From Planctomycetia bacterium (GTDB lineage: Bacteria; Planctomycetota; Phycisphaerae; Phycisphaerales; SM1A02), in contig SXOD01000019.1 in assembly GCA_005776885.1 (NCBI GenBank), positions 33,577 through 97,576 of the forward strand: a DNA stretch of 64,000 nucleotides. Direction: 5' to 3'. A model generated the notes under the pieces. That model was not told where the DNA came from and did no database searches. It saw nothing but the letters and a program-made list of their open reading frames with translations. Positions 9,509-18,963 of this stretch are shown here, piece after piece (position 1 is the stretch's first letter; each line of letters opens with the position of its first letter). The translations under genes and the position numbers were made by a program.

Positions 9509-10188
9509 TTGGCGCCACCTCGGGGCACCAATGAGACGGGTGGATTGAAGCTGGCGTACGGGTCGGGGCCAAAGTCAAACCGCGGTGGCGCGGTGCGTGC
9601 CGGAAGTCCGTCCCGCTCCCAAGCCAGTGCGGCGCACAACCGTGCCAGGTGGGCGGCGTTTGGCTCCGCGTCGTTCCCGTCGATCGCGGCATGCCACCAC
9701 CGGGAATGTCCGTCGGCACGGACCCAGATCGAAACGGTGCAATCCTGTTCCCCAGGCGCCGGAATCGGGCGAGTGCCTGCTCCGGCCTTGCCAGCGCCGA
9801 CCGTGGGGTCGAACCCGCTTGCGCAGAGTCGCTGCCAGAATGCATCGACATCGTGTTGGTCCAGGTACCGAAGCGGTGCCGGCTTGACCACCGTGGGATC
9901 GACGACCCCCGTCACGACCGCAAACTCCCCGCCCGGCTGCAACAGGTACACGGCCGGGCGGAACTGGGCCTGAATCGCCGGGGTTTCCGGGCTGGCCGGC
10001 TGCACCACGACCTCGATCGCCAGGTCGGTGGGTGCGCGATCCGGGCTGCGCTGGGGAGCGGAAGCACACGCCGTGACCAAGATCAATGCCACGGCGGAAA
10101 TCCACCGGGGCCCCGACACCGGTCGGCACGGTCGGCCTGTCGATTGGAGGAAGAGCGACACCGGTTGGGACTGTACCAACGGCACCAT
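9505..10188 (-). CDS. Hypothetical lipoprotein
   Basis: 227 aa with signal/lipobox ISAVALILVTAC. The start may instead be GTG at 10119. Only 18 nt separate the longest start from the divergent pheT. Confidence 0.55.
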   Translation of the reverse strand: MVPLVQSQPVSLFLQSTGRPCRPVSGPRWISAVALILVTACASAPQRSPDRAPTDLAIEVVVQPASPETPAIQAQFRPAVYLLQPGGEFAVVTGVVDPTVVKPAPLRYLDQHDVDAFWQRLCASGFDPTVGAGKAGAGTRPIPAPGEQDCTVSIWVRADGHSRWWHAAIDGNDAEPNAAHLARLCAALAWERDGLPARTAPPRFDFGPDPYASFNPPVSLVPRGGAK

Positions 10189-10206
10189 CGACTACCTTTC
10201 CGGTCC

Positions 10207-12237
10207 ATGCGCGCCAGCCTCCAATGGCTCAACGAACTCCTGGATCGACCGATCTCCCGAGAGGAAGCGGCCCAGCGGCTGACCTTGGCTGGCTTTCCCG
10301 TGGAATCGTGGGGCGCGACTCCTGAGGGCGATGAATGGCTTGAGGTGGAACTCACCAGCAACCGCGGCGATTGCCTGTGCCACCTCGGACTGGCCAGGGA
10401 GATTGCCGCAGCAACCGGGCGAACGGCACTGGATCCAGGGGCAAGTTCCGACGGGACACCTCGCACGGAGGCGCCTCCTGCCGATGGCGTGACGGTCACG
10501 AACGACGAAGTCGGCTCATGTCCCCTCTATACCGCGCACACGATCCGCGGAATCCAAGTGAGACCAAGCCCGGACTGGATGCAAGCCCGGCTGCGCGCGA
10601 TTGGCCAGATTCCGCGCAACAACGTCGTCGACTGCACCAACTACGTCCTGTTTGAGCTTGGCCAACCCACCCACGTGTTTGACCTCGCCATGCTCTCTGG
10701 GCCAGCGATCGTGGTCCGGCGCGCCCGTGAAGGTGAATCGATCCTCCCCATCGGCGAGGGTGCCAACCCAGTCGCCCTGCGCGCGGGCGACCTGGTCATC
10801 GCGGATGCCCAGGTTCCCGTGGCTGTTGCCGGTGTCAAGGGTGGCGCGTTGACGGCCGTGACTGACGCCACCACCGACGTGCTGGTGGAATCAGCCACCT
10901 TTGACCCTCGCGCCGTTCGCGCCGCGAGCCGTGGGCTTGGCCTCACCAGCGACTCGTCCTATCGATTTGAGCGGGGCGTGGATGCTGGGCAAGTGTCGTC
11001 GGCTGCGTTGCGACTGGTGCAGCTGATCCTTCAGACCGCCGGTGGACGGCTGATGGGCCCGGCCGCGCGTGCCGGCGCCCCCACGGCGCCCCAACGGACC
11101 GTCTCGATGCGCGCCAGCCGCTGCGCCTCGCTGCTCGGTTGCTCCGTGAGCGTGCCGGACATCGTCTCCCGCCTGGAGCCGCTGGGCCTCCACCCGACGG
11201 TTGCGGGGGACGTCATCACGTGCACGATCCCCCCGGCGCGCGTGGACCTGGAGCGCGAAGTCGACCTCATCGAAGAGGTGGCGCGGCTTCGTGGCCTGGA
11301 CTCGATCCCGGTGCGCGACTCGATCACCGTCCGCGCACACGCGATGAGTCCGGTCGTGGCGGCAACGCGCTCCGCGAAGGATCTGCTCGCTGGCCTCGGC
11401 TACCTTGAGGCCGTCACGCACACGCTGGTGACCGAGCGGACCGCCACGGCCTTCACGCCCGCCTCCGCCGCGACCCTTCGCCTGGACGATGAGCGCGCAC
11501 TGGCGCCGATCCTCCGTCCAAGCCTCCTGGGCAGCTTGCTTGAAGTGCTGGCCACCAACATCGACCGCGCCGGTGACAGGCCACCGCTCTTCGAGGTTTC
11601 GCGCGGCTTCACCGTGCGAGGGGGCGAGCACCGCGAGCCGATCCTGGTCTCGATCGTGCATCCGGGATCCGGCGACCCTGCCGCGTGCTACCGAGCGCTT
11701 CGCGGGACAGTGGATCGATTGGTCACCACGCTGACTGGCCATCGCGCCGACGTCGGCGACAGTGGGCCCTGCTCCGCATTCGAGCCCGGCACTCCCGTCC
11801 TGGCGCGGGATCGCACGGTGGGGCACATGGGATTGCTCTCACGGCAAGCCTTGAAGGCCGCTGGGGTCGATGGACCCATCGCCGCGGCGGAACTGGAACT
11901 GCTGGAGTCGATCTCGGCCTTTCCGCCCGACGTCCGCATTCAGGCGCTCCCCACGATGCCCGCCAGCGACCGCGACCTCTCACTCGTGGTGGCCGACGCC
12001 GTCACCTGGCGCGACTTGGAATCGCATGTGGCGGCACTCGGCCTGGAGCACCTGGAGTCGGTCGCGTTCCTCTCCACGTTCCGAGGCACGCAGATCGGCG
12101 ACGGCCGGAAGTCCGTCACCATGCGACTGGCCTTCCGGGCACCCAGCCGAACGCTCAAGCGCGACGAGACGGATTCCCAGACGGCGCGCGCCCTGGCCTC
12201 GCTGCGGGAAGCCTTCGGCGCCGAGGTGCGCGCGTGA
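10207..12237 (+). CDS. pheT: Phenylalanine--tRNA ligase beta subunit (short form, 676 aa)
   Basis: ATG at 10207 inside ORF 9649..12237. Starts MRASLQWLNELL as in the PheT B1 domain. Shows NRGDCL, CPLYTAHTIRGI, VVDCTNYVLFELGQPTHVFD, SYRFERGVD and a C-terminal FDX-ACB-like domain. The OB-fold tRNA-binding insert seen in E. coli PheT is absent. Confidence 0.9.
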   Translation: MRASLQWLNELLDRPISREEAAQRLTLAGFPVESWGATPEGDEWLEVELTSNRGDCLCHLGLAREIAAATGRTALDPGASSDGTPRTEAPPADGVTVTNDEVGSCPLYTAHTIRGIQVRPSPDWMQARLRAIGQIPRNNVVDCTNYVLFELGQPTHVFDLAMLSGPAIVVRRAREGESILPIGEGANPVALRAGDLVIADAQVPVAVAGVKGGALTAVTDATTDVLVESATFDPRAVRAASRGLGLTSDSSYRFERGVDAGQVSSAALRLVQLILQTAGGRLMGPAARAGAPTAPQRTVSMRASRCASLLGCSVSVPDIVSRLEPLGLHPTVAGDVITCTIPPARVDLEREVDLIEEVARLRGLDSIPVRDSITVRAHAMSPVVAATRSAKDLLAGLGYLEAVTHTLVTERTATAFTPASAATLRLDDERALAPILRPSLLGSLLEVLATNIDRAGDRPPLFEVSRGFTVRGGEHREPILVSIVHPGSGDPAACYRALRGTVDRLVTTLTGHRADVGDSGPCSAFEPGTPVLARDRTVGHMGLLSRQALKAAGVDGPIAAAELELLESISAFPPDVRIQALPTMPASDRDLSLVVADAVTWRDLESHVAALGLEHLESVAFLSTFRGTQIGDGRKSVTMRLAFRAPSRTLKRDETDSQTARALASLREAFGAEVRA

Positions 12238-12839
12238 GCACCACTCCTCCCGCATCGCAGACGGTCGATGCGTACCTCGAGCAACTCGCCGCCAAGGTGC
12301 CCGCGCCCGGAGGCGGTGCCGCAGCCGCGATCACGCTGGCCCAAGCGGCGGCCCTTGCCGGAATGGTGATCCAGTACACGCTGGGGAAGTCGAAGTTTGC
12401 GCAGCACGAGGCCGCCAACCACGCGCGCCTCGCCGACGCGACGCGCATTCGGACTGCCGCGCTCTCGCTTGCCCACGAGGACGCGGTCGCCTATGACATC
12501 CTGAACGCCATGCAGCGGTCCGGCTCGGCCAGCGCCTCGGAACTGGCCGTCGCCACGGCCAACGCCATCAAGGTGCCCCACGACGTCATGACACTTTCGG
12601 CGCTCCTCCTCGGCGCGCTCACTGAATATCCGGGCGCGACGACGACCATGCTGGCCAGCGACGTGCGCGTGGCCGCCATCCTCGCGCGCGCGGCGCTCCA
12701 GGCGGCGCGAGCGAACGTCGAGGTGAACCTCGCTTCGTTGCCAGAGCCGGAACGCGCCTCCATCCGGGAACGGCTGGGACTTGAATCGCTGGAGCGCACG
12801 GGTGAAGCGGCTGCCCGGGCGGTCGAGTCGATCTGCTAG
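12234..12839 (+). CDS. Cyclodeaminase/cyclohydrolase family protein (FTCD C-terminal-like)
   Basis: GTG at 12234 overlaps the pheT stop (GTGA). Shows PAPGGGAAAAITLAQAAALAGMVIQYTLGKSKF, typical of the formiminotransferase-cyclodeaminase C-terminal family. About 201 aa. Confidence 0.75.
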   Translation: MSTTPPASQTVDAYLEQLAAKVPAPGGGAAAAITLAQAAALAGMVIQYTLGKSKFAQHEAANHARLADATRIRTAALSLAHEDAVAYDILNAMQRSGSASASELAVATANAIKVPHDVMTLSALLLGALTEYPGATTTMLASDVRVAAILARAALQAARANVEVNLASLPEPERASIRERLGLESLERTGEAAARAVESIC

Positions 12840-12856
12840 CCACACGGCCGCGCGAC

Positions 12857-13819
12857 ATGCTCCCTCCCTTGCTCCTGTTCCTCGCGGCCGCCGGATTGAC
12901 GGCCGCGATCGCCGCCTGGCTGATTGCCCGCGGCGCGCTCCGACCGCGGCGAGCCACGGCTGGGTGGGCCCTCGCCCATGGATCGGCGCCAGATCCTGGT
13001 TCACTTGGCCTGCGATACTCCGAGTGCGGCACCGCCGAATGGCCCGCGTGGCGGATCGAGGGTTCCGGAACCGTTGGCGCCCCAACGCTCATCCTCTTGC
13101 ATGGATGGGGCCGATCCCGCATCGACAGCCTTCGCCGTGTGGGACCCCTCCTCCCCCATGTTCGCGCGGCGATTCTCCCGGACCTTCCTGGCCACGGCGA
13201 GAGCCAGTCTGCCACCGCCGTGGGAGCGTCAGAGCACGCGGCGCTCGTCGCGGAACTCCCGCGGTGGCTGGAAGCCGGTCGCCATCCGAAGGGATGGTCT
13301 CCCCGCGTCATCCTCGCCGGCCACTCACTCGGCGCTGCCGTTGCGATTCGTGCGGCACCACTGCTCAATGGCGTGGCGACGGTCGATGGCGTGATTGCCT
13401 GGGCCCCCTACGAAACGGCTCGCCAACCGGTCGCCGCTCGGCTCGCCGCACAGGGGATTCGCATCCCTGCCCTGGTCCGCGCCGCAACGATCATGCTCCG
13501 ATGGCACACGGGCCAGGAATCCTCGACCATCTCCGCCCTCCGTTCCTTGACCGCACGATCCGTCCCGACGGTCATCGTTGGCTCATCGGGAGATCGAGTG
13601 GTGGAACTTGGCGTGGTGCGGCAACTGGCGACCGAGGCGGGAGTGGCTCGGGATGAAGCCAACTCGTTCCTCGTCGGCCAGAGTGGCCACGCTGACCTGG
13701 GCACCGAAGCCGATGGCACCACCGACGCCGTCGCGGTGCGGTGCGCCACGTGGAGTGCGGGGCCGATCAGGGATTCAAGATCGCCCACTCGTAGCGCAGG
13801 CTCGTCCGATCCTGCGTGA
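12857..13819 (+). CDS. Alpha/beta hydrolase with N-terminal membrane anchor
   Basis: 320 aa. Has an N-terminal hydrophobic helix, the oxyanion-region LILLHGWG and the nucleophile elbow GHSLGA. Confidence 0.8.
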   Translation: MLPPLLLFLAAAGLTAAIAAWLIARGALRPRRATAGWALAHGSAPDPGSLGLRYSECGTAEWPAWRIEGSGTVGAPTLILLHGWGRSRIDSLRRVGPLLPHVRAAILPDLPGHGESQSATAVGASEHAALVAELPRWLEAGRHPKGWSPRVILAGHSLGAAVAIRAAPLLNGVATVDGVIAWAPYETARQPVAARLAAQGIRIPALVRAATIMLRWHTGQESSTISALRSLTARSVPTVIVGSSGDRVVELGVVRQLATEAGVARDEANSFLVGQSGHADLGTEADGTTDAVAVRCATWSAGPIRDSRSPTRSAGSSDPA

Positions 13820-15500
13820 CCGAGTAGATGGTCAATCCGATGAACTCGCGGAGCGCCTTGTAGTCGACGTGCTTCCAGGACTCGGAAACTTCCCCGAGCG
13901 TCTTGTCGCCGGCCAACTCGTCCGCCACTCCGGCTTGGCGGATCATCCCCAATTGGCCCCCCATCGCCTCTCCGGACGCTTCAGCCTGGGCAACGGTATC
14001 GGTGAATCCCCAGCCGACGAACTCGCCTGAACCGATCACCGACGTTGCTCGCGCCCAGGCCGGGGTGGCGGCCAACGACTCCGCGTCGGTGGCGGCTGCG
14101 GCGCGAAGGCCCGCCTCGACGGCAGTCCGCGACCCGAAGTAGAGCCCGGTCGATCCAAGGCCCAGAGCCACCGGCATGCCCTCATTGCTGTCGGCAAAGA
14201 TCTGGGCGCCCTGGAACTCCTGGGGCTGAAGCCCCAGCATGGGGCCCCACAGCTGGATGAGGGGGAGCGCAGAAGTCTCGTCAGAGCAGGCAATGCGGGT
14301 GACCGAGCTGATGCCGCCTTCCTCCGCGCCGTCACGGCGCGAGGCCGATTCAATCCGGGGACCCATCGCACCGAATGCCTTCGACAGCGCGGGCATGTAC
14401 CCGCGGATCATCGGCTCCACTTCGTCGGCGACGTCCTCGGGGATGGCGGCGAGAACCTCCTCCAGCAAGCGAGGGAACCCGGCGAGGTTGACATTCCAGG
14501 CGGAGTAGGAGAGGCAATCGTCTCCCATGGCCTTGGTGGCAGGAGTCACGGGAGCCGGCTTCTCCAGGAGTTTGAAGAGGCCCGCGGGTCCCGCTGGGTG
14601 CACGACGCTGGCTCGAAGCGCCAGCTGGCGTTCGCCCGTCCCGACGCTCACGCCAAGCGCTGCGGCCGTGACGTCGCCGACCAGCGCCTGCATGACGCCC
14701 TGCGCGCCAGCGGCGGGCCCGGCCATGAGTGGCTGCATCAGCTTGGCGAACTCGGAAAAATAGACACCGATCGCGAGTTGGCTGTCGGCGAGTCCTGGTT
14801 GTGCATCCTTCCACCCAGTGGAGTTGCCCAGGCGGCCTGTCGCCGACGGCGAGTCCAGTTCCCTGGCCAGATCCTCGGCGAGATGGACGGCGCTGGCGGC
14901 AACCAGCACGCTGCCATGCCGCGAAAGGACAAACGACTCAGGCGGAAGTACCAGCTGCCCCAACATCTCCATGGGGCCGGCCTCGAAGTCCCCGTCGTCG
15001 GAATCATCGGGGAATGTCACGACGAGTGCCGCTTGGCCATCCAGGTCCTCCTCATCGATCGTCCACCCTGACTCCTCCGCGGCCCGGCGAAGCCCCTTCG
15101 CGCACAGGTCCCAGGCCTTGTCGGCGCGATCGCCGAAGTCGGCGTAAAGGAAATACGCCATGCGCGTGGCGTCCAGTTCCACGTCCTCCTCGGGGAAGAC
15201 CGCGCCGCCGACTGCGCCGGGAAGGCCAACGGCCTTGCCCGCGTCCGCATCACCGTCGGCCAGTTCGGTGCGGCGATCAACCAGCGCCTGCCGGGCCTTG
15301 CCCAACGACGCCGCGAGTCGCGGGTCGTCCATGGCCTTCGCCATGGGCGTGGCTTCCAGGGCCGCGACGACAGCCGCGACGTCCGCACACCAGAGCGAGA
15401 CAAACGTCTTCTCGGGCGCAACGCGCTCGATGGACGGGGGTGTGGCCAATGCCGTGCCAGCAAGGCCGGCGGCGAGGATCCAGGTGAAGAGACTTCGCAT
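13767..15500 (-). CDS. Secreted hypothetical protein (about 577 aa)
   Basis: ATG at 15500 inside ORF 13767..16085, giving the signal peptide MRSLFTWILAAGLAGTALA. The remaining ORF extension is Arg/Pro-rich and antisense-like. No motif is recognised. Likely co-transcribed after the protease gene. Confidence 0.6.
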   Translation of the reverse strand: MRSLFTWILAAGLAGTALATPPSIERVAPEKTFVSLWCADVAAVVAALEATPMAKAMDDPRLAASLGKARQALVDRRTELADGDADAGKAVGLPGAVGGAVFPEEDVELDATRMAYFLYADFGDRADKAWDLCAKGLRRAAEESGWTIDEEDLDGQAALVVTFPDDSDDGDFEAGPMEMLGQLVLPPESFVLSRHGSVLVAASAVHLAEDLARELDSPSATGRLGNSTGWKDAQPGLADSQLAIGVYFSEFAKLMQPLMAGPAAGAQGVMQALVGDVTAAALGVSVGTGERQLALRASVVHPAGPAGLFKLLEKPAPVTPATKAMGDDCLSYSAWNVNLAGFPRLLEEVLAAIPEDVADEVEPMIRGYMPALSKAFGAMGPRIESASRRDGAEEGGISSVTRIACSDETSALPLIQLWGPMLGLQPQEFQGAQIFADSNEGMPVALGLGSTGLYFGSRTAVEAGLRAAAATDAESLAATPAWARATSVIGSGEFVGWGFTDTVAQAEASGEAMGGQLGMIRQAGVADELAGDKTLGEVSESWKHVDYKALREFIGLTIYSVTQDRTSLRYEWAILNP

Positions 15501-15541
15501 GGTTGGGTTCCAGGTATCGGGGTCGGGGGGAACGATGCGCC

Positions 15542-16555
15542 TCACTGGGCGGTCGATGATCCGTCGCGCACTTGCGGCGGCGGCGTGAAATCGCGCCGCG
15601 TCGGCGGCACGTGGTAGTTGTGGCCGGAGTTGGGGTTCCGGTGGTCGTAGGCGAAGGCCTCGCGGTTGCGGACGAAATCCTTGACGTAACGGCTGGGGAT
15701 CGCGAAACCTAGGGCCTCGCCGCCGCGAATGCCCATGTTGGTGATCCCGATCACCTCCCCGCGGGTGTTGAACAGCGGGCCACCCGAGTTCCCCGGGTTG
15801 ATCGGCGTGTCCGTCTGGATGTAGGTGAGGCCGTCGAAGTCGCGCTGCGTCGTGGAGATCACCCCTTGCGTCAGGCTGCGCTCGAGCCCGAGCGGGTTGC
15901 CGATGGCGAAGACCTGCTGGCCGTTCTCGAACTTCTCTTGCTGCACGATGGGAGCCGCCTCGAACGGGAGCCCATCGGGATGCTTCATCTTGAGGAGCGC
16001 GAGGTCGAGGTGGTTGTTCACGCCGACGATCTCCACGTCGTCGATGTCGGTCCGCTTCAAGGTGCCGTCTGGCTGCGGGAACCACACCGTGCAGCGGATC
16101 GCGCTCTCGCCTTGCACGACATGCGCATTCGTGATCGCGAAGCCTTCGGCGCTGATGATGACTCCCGAGCCCAGCCCCCCAGGCGTACTGACCTTGATGA
16201 CCGCCGGCCCAATGCGCTTGGCGTGCTCCTTGGGGGCCAGCTGCGGCGGGTCGATCGCGTGGAAGTAGAGATCCTCGGCCTCGACCTTGGCCGGTGCCTC
16301 GGCGCCGCCGCTCACCACGTCGGTGACGTCCTCCATCTCGAACATGAGCACGTCGGAGCCCACGTCGATCCAGACCCGCCGGTCCGTGCGCTTGAGGACG
16401 GTGCCTTCGATTCGCGCCCCGCCCTTGAGTTGCACCACGTCCAACCCGTCCTGCGGCGCCGCGGCGGCGGGCTGGGTGGCCAGGAACGTGACGGAAGCGA
16501 TGGCCAAGGCGACGAGGCTCGCGCGGCTGGATGATCGGGTGGAGAGTGCTCGCAT
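15542..16555 (-). CDS. Trypsin-like (S1C, HtrA-related) serine protease without a PDZ domain
   Basis: 337 aa. Signal peptide; catalytic His region TNAHVV, Asp region DLALLK and Ser region GNSGGPLF. Confidence 0.85.
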   Translation of the reverse strand: MRALSTRSSSRASLVALAIASVTFLATQPAAAAPQDGLDVVQLKGGARIEGTVLKRTDRRVWIDVGSDVLMFEMEDVTDVVSGGAEAPAKVEAEDLYFHAIDPPQLAPKEHAKRIGPAVIKVSTPGGLGSGVIISAEGFAITNAHVVQGESAIRCTVWFPQPDGTLKRTDIDDVEIVGVNNHLDLALLKMKHPDGLPFEAAPIVQQEKFENGQQVFAIGNPLGLERSLTQGVISTTQRDFDGLTYIQTDTPINPGNSGGPLFNTRGEVIGITNMGIRGGEALGFAIPSRYVKDFVRNREAFAYDHRNPNSGHNYHVPPTRRDFTPPPQVRDGSSTAQ

Positions 16556-16602
16556 GCGTGGTCCGGGTTGGATGGGAGGCGAAGCCCTAGCATAGACACT
16601 CC

Positions 16603-18951
16603 ATGCTCAATCGAAGCACCCGATCGCCGGCACCCTCCACGTCAGTCGCCTCGCTCATCGCTTGCACGGCCGTCGCCGCCATGGCCACCACCGTCGGGCG
16701 CGCGGACGACCAACTCGCCTCGCACTACGGGTTCGACGGCCTGGACGTGATCAAGATCGACGCCTCTGCCGGCCCGCTGGTGGTGGCCGACATGAACGGC
16801 GACGGGGCCCAGGACGTCATCGTGGCCAACAACCGCCGCAGCCGCATCGACGTGCACCTCCAGAAGCCCGGTGCCACGCCGGGGGATGAGGTCGCCCCCA
16901 CCAAGGTCAACGAGTTTCCGGAACACTGGCGCTATCGTCGCATCGAGGTGCCGGCGAGTGAGGCCGTCGCCGCCATCCTCCCCATCGACTTCGACCATGA
17001 CGGCTTGATGGACCTGGTCCACGTCGGCAACCCGGAGAAGTTGGTCTTCACGCGCCAGACGGCTCCCGGCGTGTTCGAGGTGGCGCAGCGGCACAAGGTC
17101 AAGAAGCTCCTCCCCGGGCGAGACACGCTCGTCGCCGCCGACGTGATCGGGGACGGGAAGCCCGAGCTGCTTGCCATCGCTGATGGCCGGATCCAGGTTT
17201 TCCCGCTCGATGGGTCCAAGCTGGGTGCTCCGGAGGAACTTTCCGCGGGCGGCGCGACGATCGTGGCGCTCGTCCTCGAGGACTTCAACGGCGATGGCCT
17301 CACGGACGTCGTCGGCCTGGTGCCCGATGACGCGGCACCCGTGCGCGCATGGTTTGGCACGAAAGAGGGAGCGTCGAAGGTTCTCGGGGCTCAGAGCCGT
17401 TTTGAGATGCCGTCGCTCCACGACGCCGCCGCCGTCCGTGTCCCCGGCCGCACCGCTGCCCTGCTCGCGTGCATCGAACGCCCCAGCAAGCGCACCGTCC
17501 TCTACGAAATCGGCAGCGCGAAGGTCACGCCGGGCGGCGATGGCGAGGGATCGATGCGCACATGGTCCTTCACCGATCCCAGCAACCGCAAGCGGCAGGT
17601 CGCCATCGCGGACATCGACGGTGACGGGCTCCCGGAGGTGCTGGCGACGAACACCGAGCGGAACGCCATCTCGGTCTTCCCGCAGCGTGCGGGAGTCGGG
17701 CTTGGGACCTCCACGGATGCACCCAGCTATGCGGACCTTGACGCACTGGCCGCGGCCGATCTCGACGGTGACGGCAAGTCCGAAGTCCTTGTCGCCAGCG
17801 AGAAGGAAGGCGTGGCCGGCATCGCGCGAGTCGATTCCACCGGTGCGCTGGGCTTCCCGCAATCGCTGCCCTTGGAGAAGGGCCGCGTCCCGGGAACGCT
17901 TGGCGTCGTGCCGATCAAGTCGGAGCAGTGGATCGCCGTCGTCACCAAGGATGGCCGCAACTACTCGCTGGAGCTCTTCCCCGCCAAGGATCCATCGACC
18001 GGCAAGGCCACCGTCGACCTCGGCTCGCTCAGTCGGGCCCCAAGCACGATCCTTTCGCTCGACGCTGACCAGGACGGACTCAAGGACATCCTGCTCTTCA
18101 CGCCGGAGAAGCCGATGATGATGGTCCGGCAGGTCCCCGTCGAGGGCGAGGCCGCCGCAACCCCTTCTTTCAAGCTCCTGGAGTCCAAGGACATGGCGCA
18201 GTTCGGCCTCGCGCAGGCCGCGGGCGCGGACAACTCCGTCGCGCTGGACATCGACGGCGATGGGAAGGATGAACTGGTGATCGCGGATCGAAACTACCTG
18301 CGCGCGCTCCGCTACGACCCGACAGCGGGGTGGACCGTCGTGAAGCAGGTCAATGCTCCCCGCGGCGATGCCAAGCTGGTGGCGCTCGACAAGCTTGACG
18401 ACCGACTGGCGGCACTGGACAAGGAAAACGCACAGGTCCTCCTCTTCGCCAGGCAGGCGGACGGCGCGTGGGCAAGCGCGGAGTCCCTTCCGCTGGGCGA
18501 CGGCGCGTTCCAGAGCATGCGTGCCGGTCAGCTCACCGGCGGGGGCGACAAGGCGTTGCTGCTCGTTGGCGCCGATGCGTTTGGCGTCATGGCGTTTGGG
18601 GGAACTCGCCCCAAGCTGGAAACGAGGTCCACCTGGCGAAGCGAATCGACCGAACGCACGCCGCACGAGCTGATCACTGGAGACATCAACAGCGATGGGC
18701 TCATGGACGTCGTGGCCCTGGACGCCACGGAGCAGATGGCCGACATCCTGGCGCTGACCGAGGCCATGAACCTCATGCACGCCACTGGCTTCGAGGTCTA
18801 CGAGACCAAGATGTTCTCGGCGGGCGACAAGCGGGAGTTTGAGCCCAGCCAGGGGTTCATCGTGGATGTCACCGGCGACGGCGCCGCAGACCTGGTGCTC
18901 CTCTGCCACGACCGCGTGCTGATCTACCCGCAGATGACCAAGGGCGAGTGA
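16603..18951 (+). CDS. FG-GAP/VCBS repeat protein
   Basis: 782 aa. Signal peptide, then at least eight calcium-loop repeats (DMNGDGAQDVIV, DFNGDGLTDVVG, DIDGDGLPEVLA, DLDGDGKSEVLV, DADQDGLKDILL, DIDGDGKDELVI, DINSDGLMDVVA, DVTGDGAADLVL). Confidence 0.8.
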   Translation: MLNRSTRSPAPSTSVASLIACTAVAAMATTVGRADDQLASHYGFDGLDVIKIDASAGPLVVADMNGDGAQDVIVANNRRSRIDVHLQKPGATPGDEVAPTKVNEFPEHWRYRRIEVPASEAVAAILPIDFDHDGLMDLVHVGNPEKLVFTRQTAPGVFEVAQRHKVKKLLPGRDTLVAADVIGDGKPELLAIADGRIQVFPLDGSKLGAPEELSAGGATIVALVLEDFNGDGLTDVVGLVPDDAAPVRAWFGTKEGASKVLGAQSRFEMPSLHDAAAVRVPGRTAALLACIERPSKRTVLYEIGSAKVTPGGDGEGSMRTWSFTDPSNRKRQVAIADIDGDGLPEVLATNTERNAISVFPQRAGVGLGTSTDAPSYADLDALAAADLDGDGKSEVLVASEKEGVAGIARVDSTGALGFPQSLPLEKGRVPGTLGVVPIKSEQWIAVVTKDGRNYSLELFPAKDPSTGKATVDLGSLSRAPSTILSLDADQDGLKDILLFTPEKPMMMVRQVPVEGEAAATPSFKLLESKDMAQFGLAQAAGADNSVALDIDGDGKDELVIADRNYLRALRYDPTAGWTVVKQVNAPRGDAKLVALDKLDDRLAALDKENAQVLLFARQADGAWASAESLPLGDGAFQSMRAGQLTGGGDKALLLVGADAFGVMAFGGTRPKLETRSTWRSESTERTPHELITGDINSDGLMDVVALDATEQMADILALTEAMNLMHATGFEVYETKMFSAGDKREFEPSQGFIVDVTGDGAADLVLLCHDRVLIYPQMTKGE

Positions 18952-18963
18952 TCGCCCGGCGGC

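Noticed and set aside
16642-18909. Very long antisense ORFs, including 16642..18909(-), 44094..45848(-), 32794..34236(+), 5123..6439(+), 41379..42962(+), 46600..47721(-), 20859..22118(-), 39227..40270(-) and 11940..13085(-)
   Set aside because: Each lies opposite a gene with clear family motifs. Their products are Arg/Gly/Pro/Ala-rich with no motifs. This is the usual stop-codon-poor antisense frame of a high-GC genome.
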